The translations under genes and the position numbers were made by a program. The notes beneath the pieces are model-generated. The model was not told where the DNA came from. It searched no databases and saw only the letters and a list, made by a program, of their open reading frames with translations. 64,000 nucleotides of DNA from Kiritimatiellia bacterium (GTDB lineage: Bacteria > Verrucomicrobiota > Kiritimatiellia > RFP12 > JBMNHG01), in the NCBI GenBank assembly GCA_050950285.1, contig JBMNHG010000002.1, positions 630,654 through 694,653 on the forward strand, in the 5' to 3' direction. The stretch's first letter is position 1; the number at the start of each line of letters is the position of its first letter. Below, piece by piece: positions 40,894-52,048 of this stretch.

Positions 40894-41577
40894 ATGAGAA
40901 TCAACAGATCGTTTAGTTTTCTTGTGTTCCTGGGAATGAGCGGGTTGCTTTTCACATGGCTACTGCATGGACAGGAAAAGAACGAAGAGCTTATCCCGTT
41001 TGTTTCAAATGAAACCAATCGGCGGGGGTACAATTTGTGGGGATACACAAACCCAAAAGGGCAAGTCGTCATCGAGCCACGGTTTTTCCACGCTTCTGAA
41101 ACGTGGTCGGACGGGTTTGCCTGGGTCGATGTCGAGGAATGCACGAATTTCAATACGTGCTTGGAGTGTGATGGATTGGGGTATGCCGGTGATTTCATTG
41201 ACAAAAGCGGCAAACGTCTGGTTAACAAGCACATCCATGCTCTCGTCGGCGAGCCTTGGGGCATCGGATGGGAGCCCCGTTTCGAACAAGGATTGGCGTT
41301 TGTGAAATTTCCTGATGGAACCATTTTTTGCATAACTACAAACGGCATTCCCTTGGACGTCCACAAGGAACATGGCCCTTTTGTTGATTATTGTTATGGT
41401 GTTTTACGTTACGCTTTCAACCATCAAGGTGTTGCGGTGTTTCGGGTCAAAAGTGGAGGGTATGGGTTGTTGTCTACAAACGGGACGGTTGTAGTGGCAC
41501 CGACAAATACAAGAAGTAAAATCTCCCAACTTTTGAATGAATTAACGGTCGACACGGCGAACGAATCGAAAGACTGA
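40894..41577 (+). CDS. WG-repeat secreted protein, putative immunity protein (divergent paralogue)
   Basis: Signal peptide; WGYTNPKGQVVIEPRF, WSDGFAWV, GDFIDKSGKRLV, FEQGLAFV. Confidence 0.72.
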   Translation: MRINRSFSFLVFLGMSGLLFTWLLHGQEKNEELIPFVSNETNRRGYNLWGYTNPKGQVVIEPRFFHASETWSDGFAWVDVEECTNFNTCLECDGLGYAGDFIDKSGKRLVNKHIHALVGEPWGIGWEPRFEQGLAFVKFPDGTIFCITTNGIPLDVHKEHGPFVDYCYGVLRYAFNHQGVAVFRVKSGGYGLLSTNGTVVVAPTNTRSKISQLLNELTVDTANESKD

Positions 41578-41623
41578 CGTGGACAAAATTTTGTTTGGAG
41601 AAAGAAGTGGATAAAAAACTGCC

Positions 41624-42484
41624 ATGAAAACAATGACAAAGCTTTATATGGTTTCTAGTCTATTGGTTTGCATGCTCCTTTCCCTTTCTGCAGGCTGTTC
41701 ACGGGAAAAAGAGGGCAACGATATGCGCAAGAGTCGAGTTGTCAAATTTGGAGCCTCGGATTTGGAAAGCCTCGGAGCGTCAACAAATGGTTTGATCCGT
41801 TTTGCTGACGAGACTTTGCGCCGATACGGCTACGCCGATATTTCGGGCAGAGTTGTGTTGGAACCTCAATATTCGGCGTGCAGCGTGACATTCTCCGAGG
41901 GTTATGCCTGGGTAGGACTTCCTGATGAATCAGACTCTTATAAGACAAATTACTATGATTATTATTTCGGTGATTTCATCGACACGAACGGCGTCAGACT
42001 GGTCGGGAAAAAACTGTATACCACCGTTCCGGAGCCTTGGATGTGGGGTTACAATTTTGAGCCGCAGTTTGTCAATGGGCTTGCGTTCGTGTCGGCCGAT
42101 CCCTCCGATTTTCCAGAAGTTGCCATGCCGACGAATGTGAATCAAGAAGTAAAGAAGGAGCTTGAAAGCAAAAGCGCCAGATATGTCTATTGCATCGATA
42201 CGAATGGAAATCCAGTCAGCGCCCACCATGTCCACGGGCCTTTTTATACAACTGCTACATGGTGCAACGGCCCCAAGTTCCGTTGGGGAAGTCGGCTGAC
42301 ATGGGTCGATCTGTTGAACGGGGACAGGGGAATACTGCTTTGGGACGGAACCGTGCCCCTGACGACTTCGGTCAAGGGCTATGAGGAGCTTTTGGAGATC
42401 GAACGCCGATTCGTCGAAGAGAACTATGGAACTAACGGCGTCGTGAAATTCACAGGCCAGGCATGGGTGTACTTCTATTATTGA
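41624..42484 (+). CDS. WG-repeat lipoprotein, putative immunity protein (close paralogue of 39974-40825)
   Basis: Lipobox LSAGC; long identical stretches with copy 1. Confidence 0.75.
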   Translation: MKTMTKLYMVSSLLVCMLLSLSAGCSREKEGNDMRKSRVVKFGASDLESLGASTNGLIRFADETLRRYGYADISGRVVLEPQYSACSVTFSEGYAWVGLPDESDSYKTNYYDYYFGDFIDTNGVRLVGKKLYTTVPEPWMWGYNFEPQFVNGLAFVSADPSDFPEVAMPTNVNQEVKKELESKSARYVYCIDTNGNPVSAHHVHGPFYTTATWCNGPKFRWGSRLTWVDLLNGDRGILLWDGTVPLTTSVKGYEELLEIERRFVEENYGTNGVVKFTGQAWVYFYY

Positions 42485-42506
42485 CCGTTGAAAGTGGGAG
42501 GTTGAA

Positions 42507-44672
42507 ATGACGCAGTTGTCCATCGTTTTAGTTGTTCATGAATTTGGTGTGCAACGCAACCGGATGGCCACCCCGCATTTCATGGACGCCCTCGGCAGGG
42601 AGACCAACACCGTCGTGACGGCGGTCGGCGAGCCCGGAAGCGCCGCCACCCCCGGTTGCGGGACGCTTGGCTTCGCGGCGTCCGAGACGACGACGTACCC
42701 CGACGGCACCGGCGACCACGTCGTCCATGTCGATCGGCGCGGGGTTCGCACGGTCACGACGCGCACGTCGCACGCCGACCGCGAGGAGAGCGTCACCCTG
42801 ACGTTCTCGCCGGCGAACCCCGACGTTTGCGTCGTGGCGAGCACGAACATCGCCTACCGGAACGGGCGTTCCATCGCCATCCGAAGCTGGGACGGCGGCT
42901 GGACGCGCGAAACCTCGTGGAGCGACTACGCCGCCGACGGGACGCGGCGCACCTTCTCCGTCGCCGAGGCGTCCGATTCGGTTGGTGCCATCACCAACCA
43001 AATCACCCACAGCGACTTCCTCGGGCGGACGGTGGCGACGCTGAGGCCCGGCGCCGCAGGCGCCTGGCTCGTCACCTCGAACGCCTACGACGGCGCGACC
43101 TCGCGCCTGGTTCGCTCCGAGACGACCGGACAGCCCGCCACGACCTACCTCTACGACGAACGCGGCGAGATGGCGGCGACCGTCCAAAGCGGCGTCGAGA
43201 CCGCGTCGGAAACCCGCTACGAGAACATTGCCGGGGCATGGTGGCGGGTGGACGTCCGCAGCACGTCGCGCGAGGGCGTCACCAACGCCGTCGCGACGAC
43301 CCGCCGCCAGTTGACGGGGCTGTCCAACGCCCTGCGGAGCCGCACGGTGAGCATAGCCCCGAACGGCTCGACGACGACAGTGCAGAGCAGCTACAACCCG
43401 CAGACTTGCGAACTGACGACGGTTCGCGCAACCGATTCGGCAACGCCATCCGCCACCGTCTCGAAGTTCGGTCGCACGATTGAACGCGAATCGCTGCGGG
43501 AAACCGTTTACAACTACTTCGACCCGCTCGGGCGTGTAGAATATTCGGAAGTGCGAGACCCTGAAACGGGCGGCTATTTCTATTTCCGCTGGTCGGGACT
43601 CGACGAGTCCGACAACGAAGTCAATTATGGAATCGAGTATTACGATTACTATCCCTACGTATCCATTACCGGATCGAGAACCTTCGACGCCTTCAACCGC
43701 GAAACGTCCCACACCGACACGTTCGGCAACACCGTGACAACGACCTACGACGCCCTCGGGCGTCCGGTCGGCACCTCCGGCGCGACCTATCCCGTCCGAA
43801 ACGAGTACGACACCGCCAACCGCACGACCGCCTTGTCCACCACCCGCGACGGCATAATATGGGATGTGACTTCGTGGGGTTACGACCCTGCCACGGGGCT
43901 TGTCACCAACAAGGTCTATGCCGATGGCTCCGCCGTGTCCTACGCCCACACCCCGGACGGCAAGCTCGCCTCCCGCACTTGGGCGCGCGGCCTCGCCACC
44001 GCCTACGCCTACAACCCCGACGGCCTGTTGACGGGCGTGTCGTACTCCGACGGTCTTTCCCCTCTCCCGCTGGGAGAGGGTCAGGGTGAGGGTGCGGCAC
44101 CGTATTCGGTGACGCTTAGATACGACGCCTTCCAGCGTCTTGCTTCCGCCTCCAATGGCGTTGTTCAATACAACTTCGCCAATGACAACCTCGGCACTGC
44201 CACAAACGAGACGGTGACGCTTGGCGGCACGGTCTCGACCCTGACCCGAGGCATGGACAACCGTCACCGTCTGGCGGCGTTGCGTGTCGGAAATGCGCCA
44301 CCCGTTCAATACGGCTACGATGTCGAGAACCGACTTTCCACGGTCTCGACTCCCGCCTTTGTGACAGGGTACAACTACACTTCCGACGGCTGGGATGCAG
44401 GCTATGGCATCACGCTGACCAATGGAGTCGTGCTTGCCCGTGAACTGACTCGCGACCCTTATCGCCGCAGTTTGATAACGGCGATCACCAACAGCGTTGA
44501 CGGCACGGCGATAAACCCGCTGGCCTACGGCTACGATAGGCTCAATCGCGTCACCAGTCGCAATGACGACACCTTCGGCTACAACGCCAGAAGCGAAATC
44601 ACGGCGGCGTCTGTTCAGTCAAATGCCTTCACCTACGCTTACGACCACATCGGCAATCATACTACTTCATCC
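42507..44672 (+). pseudogene. Orphan RHS cassette 3, 5' part (interrupted by the IS4-family element)
   Basis: From 42575 it is highly similar to the main gene from 32672 (HFMDALGRETNT...). The frame continues at 46256 once the IS and one TSD copy are removed (HTTSS-VNSDTTTYTAN). Confidence 0.88.
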
Positions 44673-46246
44673 CACTAGCATCCCATAGGCTTGCCGAAAT
44701 CACTCCTGCCTTCCCCCATTGGAAGTCAGCGCACGCGCTCAAGACGGGAGCGTCGGGCCGGATTGAAAAAAAGGGCTGACCTCCCGGCCGTCTGCCTGTA
44801 GCCTACAGGCATTATGAAAAAAAAAGCGACCAAGGCGCGTAAACGCGCAACCAAGAGGCCAGCGAGAACATCGTACACCACCCTGCGCCAGATCGTCCAG
44901 TGGATTCCCGCGGGATTGCCGGACAAGATCGCGCGCGACATCGGGGCGGACATCCGCGGATTCTCCTGCGCCAGCCATGTGCTGGCGCTGCTCTACGGCC
45001 ATATCGCCCGCGCGGGCAGCCTGAACGAGATCTGCGACGCGGCCCGGCTGCACGAGCCGGAGCTGAACCGCATCCGGGGCGCGACGGCCCCGAAGCGCAA
45101 CACCTTCTCCAACGCCAACCGGAGGCGCGACCCGGAGATCGCGGAGCGGCTCTACTGGGAGGTGTTCGAGCACCTCCGGACCATCTGCCCGTCCTTCACG
45201 CAGTACAAGAAGCACAAAGGCTTCATCTTCCGCCTGAAGCGCGGGATATTCGCCATCGACTCGACCACGCTGAAGCTCACGCTCGACTCGATCGACTGGG
45301 CCAGGCACCGCCGGAAGAAGGCCGCCGCCAAAACCCACATGGCCCTCGACGTCGGCAGCAGGCTGCCGACGTTCGCGGTCGTGGAGGACGCCGCGCACCA
45401 CGACTCGACGCGGGCGGACGCGCTGTGCGCGGGGCTGAAGGACGGCGACGTGCTGCTGGCGGACCGCGCCTACGTCGACTTCCTCTTCCTGCACGGACTC
45501 GCCGCGCGCGGCATCTTCTTCGTCCTGCGGGAGAAGGAGAACATGGACTTCGAGGTGCTGGAGGAGAGAGGGCATCCGGACCGGCGCATACTCAAGGACC
45601 AGACCATACGCCTGCGGGGCAGGCTGACGGCGGGAAAGTACCCCGGGCCCCTGCGCCGCGTCGCCGCCGTCGTCGAGGTGGACGGGCAGGATCGGGAAAT
45701 GACGTTCATCACCAACCATTTCGCGTGGAGCCCCCGCACCGTCTCCGAGCTCTACCGCGCCCGGTGGGTCATCGAGTCGTTCTTCAAGGAACTCAAGCAG
45801 ACGCTCCAGCTCAAGGATTTCGTCGGGTACAACGAGAACGCGGTCAAGTGGCAGGTCTGGGTCGGGCTGCTGGCGCATCTGCTGCTGCGCTTCCTCAAGC
45901 ACGTCTCGGAATGGGGACTGAGCTTTTCCCGGCTCGCCGGGGTCGTCAGGTCCGCCGTCTGGATGAAGATCGACCTGCTCGACGCCCTGCGGAAGTATGG
46001 GACAGCAGGCGGCCCAAAGCGCCCTGTAATTTCCGGGAAACAGCTCTATTTCCAAGGATTCGAGCCATTCGCGAGCCGGCCCGTGGGATAGCACATGCCC
46101 CAAAACCCCTGTTTTCGGGCATCCGGGCCGATCGCGCAGGCAAACACGTTTTCCGGGAACGCCTTTGAAATCGCGATAAATCCCTGCAAATCAATGGGGG
46201 AAAGGGGGCAATATGCCCGTTTTCAGCCGCCTATGGGATGCTAGTG
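44673..46246 (+). mobile_element. IS4-family insertion sequence, 1574 bp
   Basis: Perfect 18-bp terminal IRs CACTAGCATCCCATAGGC (44673-44690 and 46229-46246); 9-bp TSD ACTTCATCC (44664-44672 and 46247-46255). Confidence 0.95.
44814..46091 (+). CDS. IS4-family DDE transposase
   Basis: FAIDSTTL, KTHM, LADRAYVD, LYRARWVIESFFKELKQ (YREK-type motif). Confidence 0.93.
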   Translation: MKKKATKARKRATKRPARTSYTTLRQIVQWIPAGLPDKIARDIGADIRGFSCASHVLALLYGHIARAGSLNEICDAARLHEPELNRIRGATAPKRNTFSNANRRRDPEIAERLYWEVFEHLRTICPSFTQYKKHKGFIFRLKRGIFAIDSTTLKLTLDSIDWARHRRKKAAAKTHMALDVGSRLPTFAVVEDAAHHDSTRADALCAGLKDGDVLLADRAYVDFLFLHGLAARGIFFVLREKENMDFEVLEERGHPDRRILKDQTIRLRGRLTAGKYPGPLRRVAAVVEVDGQDREMTFITNHFAWSPRTVSELYRARWVIESFFKELKQTLQLKDFVGYNENAVKWQVWVGLLAHLLLRFLKHVSEWGLSFSRLAGVVRSAVWMKIDLLDALRKYGTAGGPKRPVISGKQLYFQGFEPFASRPVG

Positions 46247-47500
46247 ACTTCATCCGTTAATTCCGATACAACAACCTACACGGCAAATGCCCTGAACCAG
46301 TATTCTCAGATTTCTGTGCTTTCTGTGCCTTCTGTGGACAATCTCGTCTACGACTTGGATGGCAATCTGCTGACCAATGGCGTGTGGTCGTATGCCTATG
46401 ATGCCGAGAACCGCCTGATTGCAGCATACTCAAACAACGTCTGCATCGTTTCCAATGCCTATGACCACATGAGCAGGCGCGTGGTGAAGTGGACACCGTG
46501 CCACACAACCACCTTCGTCTATGACGGTTGGAATCTCGTTCAGGAAACGATTTCAACCGCATCCGGCACGACAACCAACCATTACGTTTGGGGCAAAGAC
46601 CTCTCCGGCACGATGCAAGACTCGGGCGGAGTGGGCGGTCTTTTGGCGGTTCAGTTGAGCGGCTCTTGGTATTTTCCATTCTATGACAACAAGGGAAATG
46701 TCATGGCCTATGTGGATGAGGGTGGTGCCGTTGTGGCTGAATACGTTTATGACGCTTTTGGCGCGACTGTAGCAAAGTCGGGTAGCATGGCGGATGTCTT
46801 CACTTACCGCTTCAGCACGAAGCACTTTGATTCTGAAACATGCTTTTACTATTACGGCTATCGCTTCTATGATCCCATCATGCATCGCTGGCTTAACCGT
46901 GATTCCATCGAGGAAGAAGGTGGACTGAATTTGTATGCTTTTTGTGGGAACGATGGAAATCAGGTGGATCTCCTAGGTCTGCAAAAATGTCCATGCACAG
47001 TCGAATCCTTTGAGCTTACTGTTAAGGGATGGACTGGGGCATGGCCTAATTTTCTCGGGGTGTATTCAAAACAACTCGTTGTCAAGTTCAAGCTTAAACT
47101 CAAAGCACCAGCGACCAAAGCAGATTGCGTAATCGAACAATACATGTTGGGAGAAACAAAAACTAAAGGATCACCACATGATAAATTTGAGGAGTGGGAG
47201 GCGGATCGACCATCATGGCCAACTGCTCCGTTCTGGCATCCAACCACAGGATGGGGGATTAGTGGTGGTAAATGGAACCGAGAAGGGAGGGTGGCTACTT
47301 GGGAAGATGGACCAGGTTTTCTAGGGTTGAGAGAAAAGGATTTTCCGGTCTACTACGGAGGCGTGGGTGGCTTTGGTAGATTTCAATTCAAAACACAAGT
47401 CCGCGATTGGGCGCCGGCACATGTTGTGTCGGAACTCACCTGGGGCTTGTTGATCGACTTTTCAACACCCAAATCGGGGCGGTTTTATTTTTACCTCTGA
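46247..47500 (+). pseudogene. Orphan RHS cassette 3, 3' part: RHS core plus an unassigned toxin tip (~170 aa)
   Basis: FSTKHFDSETCFYYYGYRFYDP...QVDLLGL followed by a lower-GC, Trp/Gly-rich tip. Confidence 0.85.
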
Positions 47501-47533
47501 TAATACAGACAGAGCTTCGGGAGGGATTCCACA

Positions 47534-47830
47534 ATGAATACTCATAACAACAAACGACTGATTCTCGGCAAGACAACCATCCTTGCGTCGAGCATGACAG
47601 CATTGTTGCTTGCCGTTCTGTTCCCTCCGTGGTTGCGCCCGGTTGTCCTTTCTGGCAAACCATCATACGTGCGGTGTTGGATCGGATCATCCCCGAACTA
47701 TTATGGTGCCCCCGGGTTTGTGCTGGCATGGGACAGGTTGCTTGTTGAATGCATGTTCATTTTTTCCATCATGTTGGTATTGTTAATCGGCATTCATTTT
47801 TTGGACAAGCGCGTCAATTCACCCAGATAA
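47534..47830 (+). CDS. Small membrane protein, putative immunity protein
   Basis: Two hydrophobic segments (LFPPW...; DRLLVECMFIF...); directly after the tip; GGAGG upstream. Confidence 0.55.
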   Translation: MNTHNNKRLILGKTTILASSMTALLLAVLFPPWLRPVVLSGKPSYVRCWIGSSPNYYGAPGFVLAWDRLLVECMFIFSIMLVLLIGIHFLDKRVNSPR

Positions 47831-47871
47831 GTAATGTCATGATAGGATGCCCGTTTAGGGAGGAAGGCTTT

Positions 47872-48402
47872 ATGAAGTGGTTAGAGAAAATTCTTGCTGT
47901 TGTTTCATATGGTTTTGTCCTTGTGATTCATGGAGGTTGCGGAATGACAATGGAAAACGGTCAAGAACCTCAAAGCGCGGTTGCTTCCAATCCTGTTTTA
48001 ATTGGCCTTGGCGACATCAATTTAGCAGTCGGCGGCGCTCGCACCAAGAATCTGAATGAAGACCAGAGGTATCGCCCTGTCAAAATTGTTTTTGTCGATG
48101 GCATGATGGAGCCTAGTCCAATTTCGCATCGCGATCTGTGTTATGACGAGTTTATGGTGGGAATTGAATCCTATGCAGGGCAGCAGGTCGTGGCATTGGT
48201 TCAAAAAGAAAGGCCGTGGGAATGGGTGGGGCTTGAGGCTATTCCTTTTTCCAATCATCTTATGTTTTCTGGAAACATAAGAGAAATGCAATGGCAATAT
48301 TCGTCAGTTTTCCCAGATGAACGGCTGGCTTCATTCATGCAAGAATTGCGTGTAACGTTGTCAAGCAGTTCAAAAAGCGCTAGCATTGGGCGAGAACGAT
48401 AA
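47872..48402 (+). CDS. Hypothetical secreted protein or lipoprotein, putative orphan immunity protein
   Basis: GGAGG RBS; MKWLEKILAVVSYGFVLVIHGGC; low GC. Confidence 0.55.
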   Translation: MKWLEKILAVVSYGFVLVIHGGCGMTMENGQEPQSAVASNPVLIGLGDINLAVGGARTKNLNEDQRYRPVKIVFVDGMMEPSPISHRDLCYDEFMVGIESYAGQQVVALVQKERPWEWVGLEAIPFSNHLMFSGNIREMQWQYSSVFPDERLASFMQELRVTLSSSSKSASIGRER

Positions 48403-48437
48403 AGTCTAACAACGGTCTACGGAATACAGGTGATCAA

Positions 48438-48761
48438 TTGAAGGCTGAACACCGACGGCTAATGATCGAACACGAGGTCAATACTTGGGTTCAGGAGGAG
48501 CAGGTTCGAATCAAGTGCAAGTTGCCAGAGAAGCGCGCGGGTTTTCGAACAACAACTTCTGGTGGCGGGTGTTCAGGCCCTCGCGTTGTTCCAAACTCTA
48601 CGGAAATAGGAAATGTCGTCAGAGATATTTACCAAAATATGTACGGAACACCGCCGGGCATCGTAGTTGAAGAGGTCGATGTTGTTCCCGCAGGTCCAGA
48701 GGTCGAAGTTTCTGGGTGGAAATGCCGAGGTGGCCGAGGCGTTCGATCTTGGTTTCAGTAA
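48438..48761 (+). pseudogene. Possible orphan toxin-tip remnant without an RHS core
   Basis: ORF with a TTG start and no clear RBS, lying between immunity-like genes and directly before another signal-peptide gene. Confidence 0.35.
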
Positions 48762-48798
48762 CTTCTGTCATCATTTTTTCGTTATGGAGTGATAACAA

Positions 48799-49242
48799 AT
48801 GAAAAGACATTTTGTTTACGCAGTTGTAGTAGTGGCTTTGGCTTACGCTTTTTTTTGGAGTTGCCACAGGGGTGCGCAAGTGGAGAAATCGGGGAAGTCC
48901 ATGGAAGTGCAACATGAGCAAGACAGCATTAGCCGAGAGGAGTGTAAAATGCTTTATGCGGAAGATGGTGTCAAGGTTCTGGCAGCGACCGCTCAGTTCA
49001 CCTATAAAATTGTTGAAGTGAATGGGTGCGACACCCACGTCATTGAGGGTCGTTTCATTGACACCGTTACGGGGGCTGTGCTGAGTTTTAAGTTTGATGC
49101 CATGGGAAGAGTTGGTCTTCTTCTTGAGAATGGATGCCAATACATCGTTGTCGTCAGAGAGTCTAAAGGCGAAGAGATTCGCGAGGGGCACATTATCGCT
49201 TTGCTAAAGCCCAAGGACTCGCACCAACGATCTAAATACTAG
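48799..49242 (+). CDS. Hypothetical secreted protein or lipoprotein, putative immunity protein
   Basis: GGAG RBS; MKRHFVYAVVVVALAYAFFWSC. Confidence 0.55.
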   Translation: MKRHFVYAVVVVALAYAFFWSCHRGAQVEKSGKSMEVQHEQDSISREECKMLYAEDGVKVLAATAQFTYKIVEVNGCDTHVIEGRFIDTVTGAVLSFKFDAMGRVGLLLENGCQYIVVVRESKGEEIREGHIIALLKPKDSHQRSKY

Positions 49243-49519
49243 CAATGCTTGGCATAGGTTCTGGCTATAGTTTGGAGAAAATGAGTCATGTCTTTAAATG
49301 AAATCATGCGGCTTCTACGGGCAACCCTGCTACGATGGCTTACAATGGATGCGGTCGCAATGAAAAGCAAAAACAAATATGTGCCTAACTGCCGCTAGCG
49401 GGTTATCTTAAGGTCTTTTCACCGTGACTTGTAAAGTTTGCCTCAAAATCTTGTGCAACAGCGCCGCGATGAGCATCATTCTCTGGACTTGCAATCCTGC
49501 CGCCGGATTTGTTGCCAAC

Positions 49520-52048
49520 ATGGTCTACGTCGACCGCCTCGCCGTTCGCAACGCCGACGCCTTCGGCTACAACTCCCAAAACGAAGTCGCGGCGGCAACC
49601 CAGCATTTCTTCGACGCGCTGGGGCGCGAGACCAACACGGTGGAGCGGTGCGCCAGAATTGAAGGCGCGCTGACCAATTCCGCCGCCGTCCACAACCGCG
49701 GCTGGGTGTCTTCCGAGACAACGGCCTATCCCTTCGGCATTTCCGACTACTCCGTCCACACCGACAAGCGCGGATTGCAAACCGTGGCGTTCTCCATCCC
49801 CTCGTCCGAGGCCGTGACCTCGGCCCGGTACGTCTTCGTTTCGCCGGAGGAGGAGAACCCCGCCATCATCGAAACCAGCACCTTCTTCCGAAACGGGCGC
49901 AGCGTTTCCACGCGGTACTGGGCAGGAGGGTGGTCGCGCGAGACGCGCTTCTCCCAATATGCGGAAGACGGCACGCGAAGCGACTTCGCCGTGTCCGAGG
50001 GCTCCGACTTCGACGGAGCGGTTACAAACTCGGTCGTGCAATTCGACTTCCTCCAGCGTGGCATCGTCCAGACCACGCCGCTTGAATCCGTCACGAACCT
50101 CTACGACGGGGCGAGTTCGCGCATCGTCCGCGTCCTGTCGTCGGCGTCGCCTGCCGTCACGCCCCTTTACAACGACCTCGGCGAACGCATCGGCGCGACG
50201 AGCGCCGGAGTCACCACGCTCTCGCAGGAAACCTACGAGACGGTTTCAAACGAAACGTGGCGCGTTTTCAGCAGCCTTCAAATCGCGGATGGCACCACCA
50301 ACCGCCTCGGCGTTTCGCGCTCCCGGCGCACGGGGCTTTCCAACGCCCTGCGCCGCCATGAAATCGTCACGGACGCCTCGGGCGCGACGACCGCCTCGAC
50401 CGCGTCGTTCGATCCGGAAAGCGGCATCCTCACCGTTGTTTCGACGACCGACGAACAAACGCCGGTCATCCGAAAGAGGCGATACGGACGGGACGTTGAA
50501 ATCAGCGACGCCACGGGAACCTGCTACCTGAAGCACGACCCGTTCGGTCGCGAATACATGCGCCGCCGGGACAACAAAACCTTGCACGGCCTACCCGCTG
50601 GACGGGAGGGTTTTCGACGACTGCGGCGATCTCGCCATCTCCCTTGTCTGCGAGCACGACAGCGCGACCTTCCTCGTCAAGTCCTTTGCATACGATTCCT
50701 TCGGCAATCTCGCCGAGATGCAAAACGAGATGGGTGAAACCGTCCTCAACGACCACGACGCCCTTGGAAATCTTTTGTGCCAATACGGCTCGGCGGCCCA
50801 TCCCGTCGGCTTCGACTATGATACCAGGGGGCGCATGAATGCGCTCGGCACCACTCGCGAAGGCGACGCCTGGGACGTCACGTCCTGGATTTACGACCGC
50901 GCCACCGGCCTTGTCGGCAGCAAGGTCCATGCCGACGATTCGGTCGTGTCCTACGCCTACACCCCGGACGGCAAGCCGCTTCGCACCACCTGGGCGCGGG
51001 GGGCTTGGAGGGAAAACGCCTACAATGCCAACGGCCTTTTGGCAGGCGTGTCGTACTCCGACGCCACACCCGCCGTTTCGCTCGATTACGACGCCTTCCA
51101 GCGTCTTGCTTCCGCCTCGAATGGCGTCGCCGCCTACACCTATGGAAACAGCGCCCTCGGCGTTGCCACGAACGAGACGGCGACGCTCGGCGGCGACGTC
51201 TGGACGTTGACACGCCGACTCGACGGCCGCCACCGCTTGGCTGGCATGTCCCTTTCGCCTGCGTCGCAGGGCGGGGGCGCGGCACCGTACTCGGTGGCGT
51301 ATGGCTACGACACCGAAGGACGCCTCGCCGCCGTCTCGAACGAGGTGTTTGCCGTTTCCTATGCATTCTCCTATCGGGGTTTGGATGCGGGCTATTCGCT
51401 TGCGTTGACCAACGGGGTTTCGTTGAACCGGGCATTGGCTCGCAACGGTTGGCGGCACGAACTGGTTCGCCGAGTGACCAACGCGACCTCCACGGGCTGG
51501 ACGAACACGCTCAACTACGCCTACGACGACGCGGGGCGCGTCACCGCCCGCAACGCCGACACCTTCGGCTACAACGCCCGAAGCGAGGTCACCAACGCAA
51601 CCCTGGGAGCCATAAACTACGCCTACGCCTACGACCACATAGGAAATCATACGGCTTCATCCGTTGATTCCGCGACCACGATTTACGAAGCCAACAGCCT
51701 GAACCAGTACACAACTATTGACACCATCACACCAAGCTATGATGCCGACGGGAACATGACATGGGACGGGCGTTTCAGCTATGCGTATGATGCCGAGAAT
51801 CGCCTGATTGCGGCGTATTCCAACACTGTCTGTATCGTTTCCAACGCCTATGACCATGCCAGCCGCCGTGTGTTGAAGTGGACACCGTGCCACACAACCA
51901 CCTTCGTTTATGACGGTTGGTTGCCAATCCTTGAGATTATTGCCACCGCCTCGGAAGTTGCCACAAATGCCTATGTATGGGGCAAAGACCTCTCCGGCAC
52001 CCTGCAAGGCGCGGGCGGCGTCGGTGGACTGCTTGCTGTTTCACTAAA
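49520..52048 (+). pseudogene. Orphan RHS cassette 4, 5' part (frameshift near 50580; interrupted by IS1380, then intron 1)
   Basis: HFFDALGRETNT...YD repeats...GAGGVGGLLAVSL. Continues at 53769-53806 (NDSWHFPLYDNNG) and at 55741. Confidence 0.85.
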
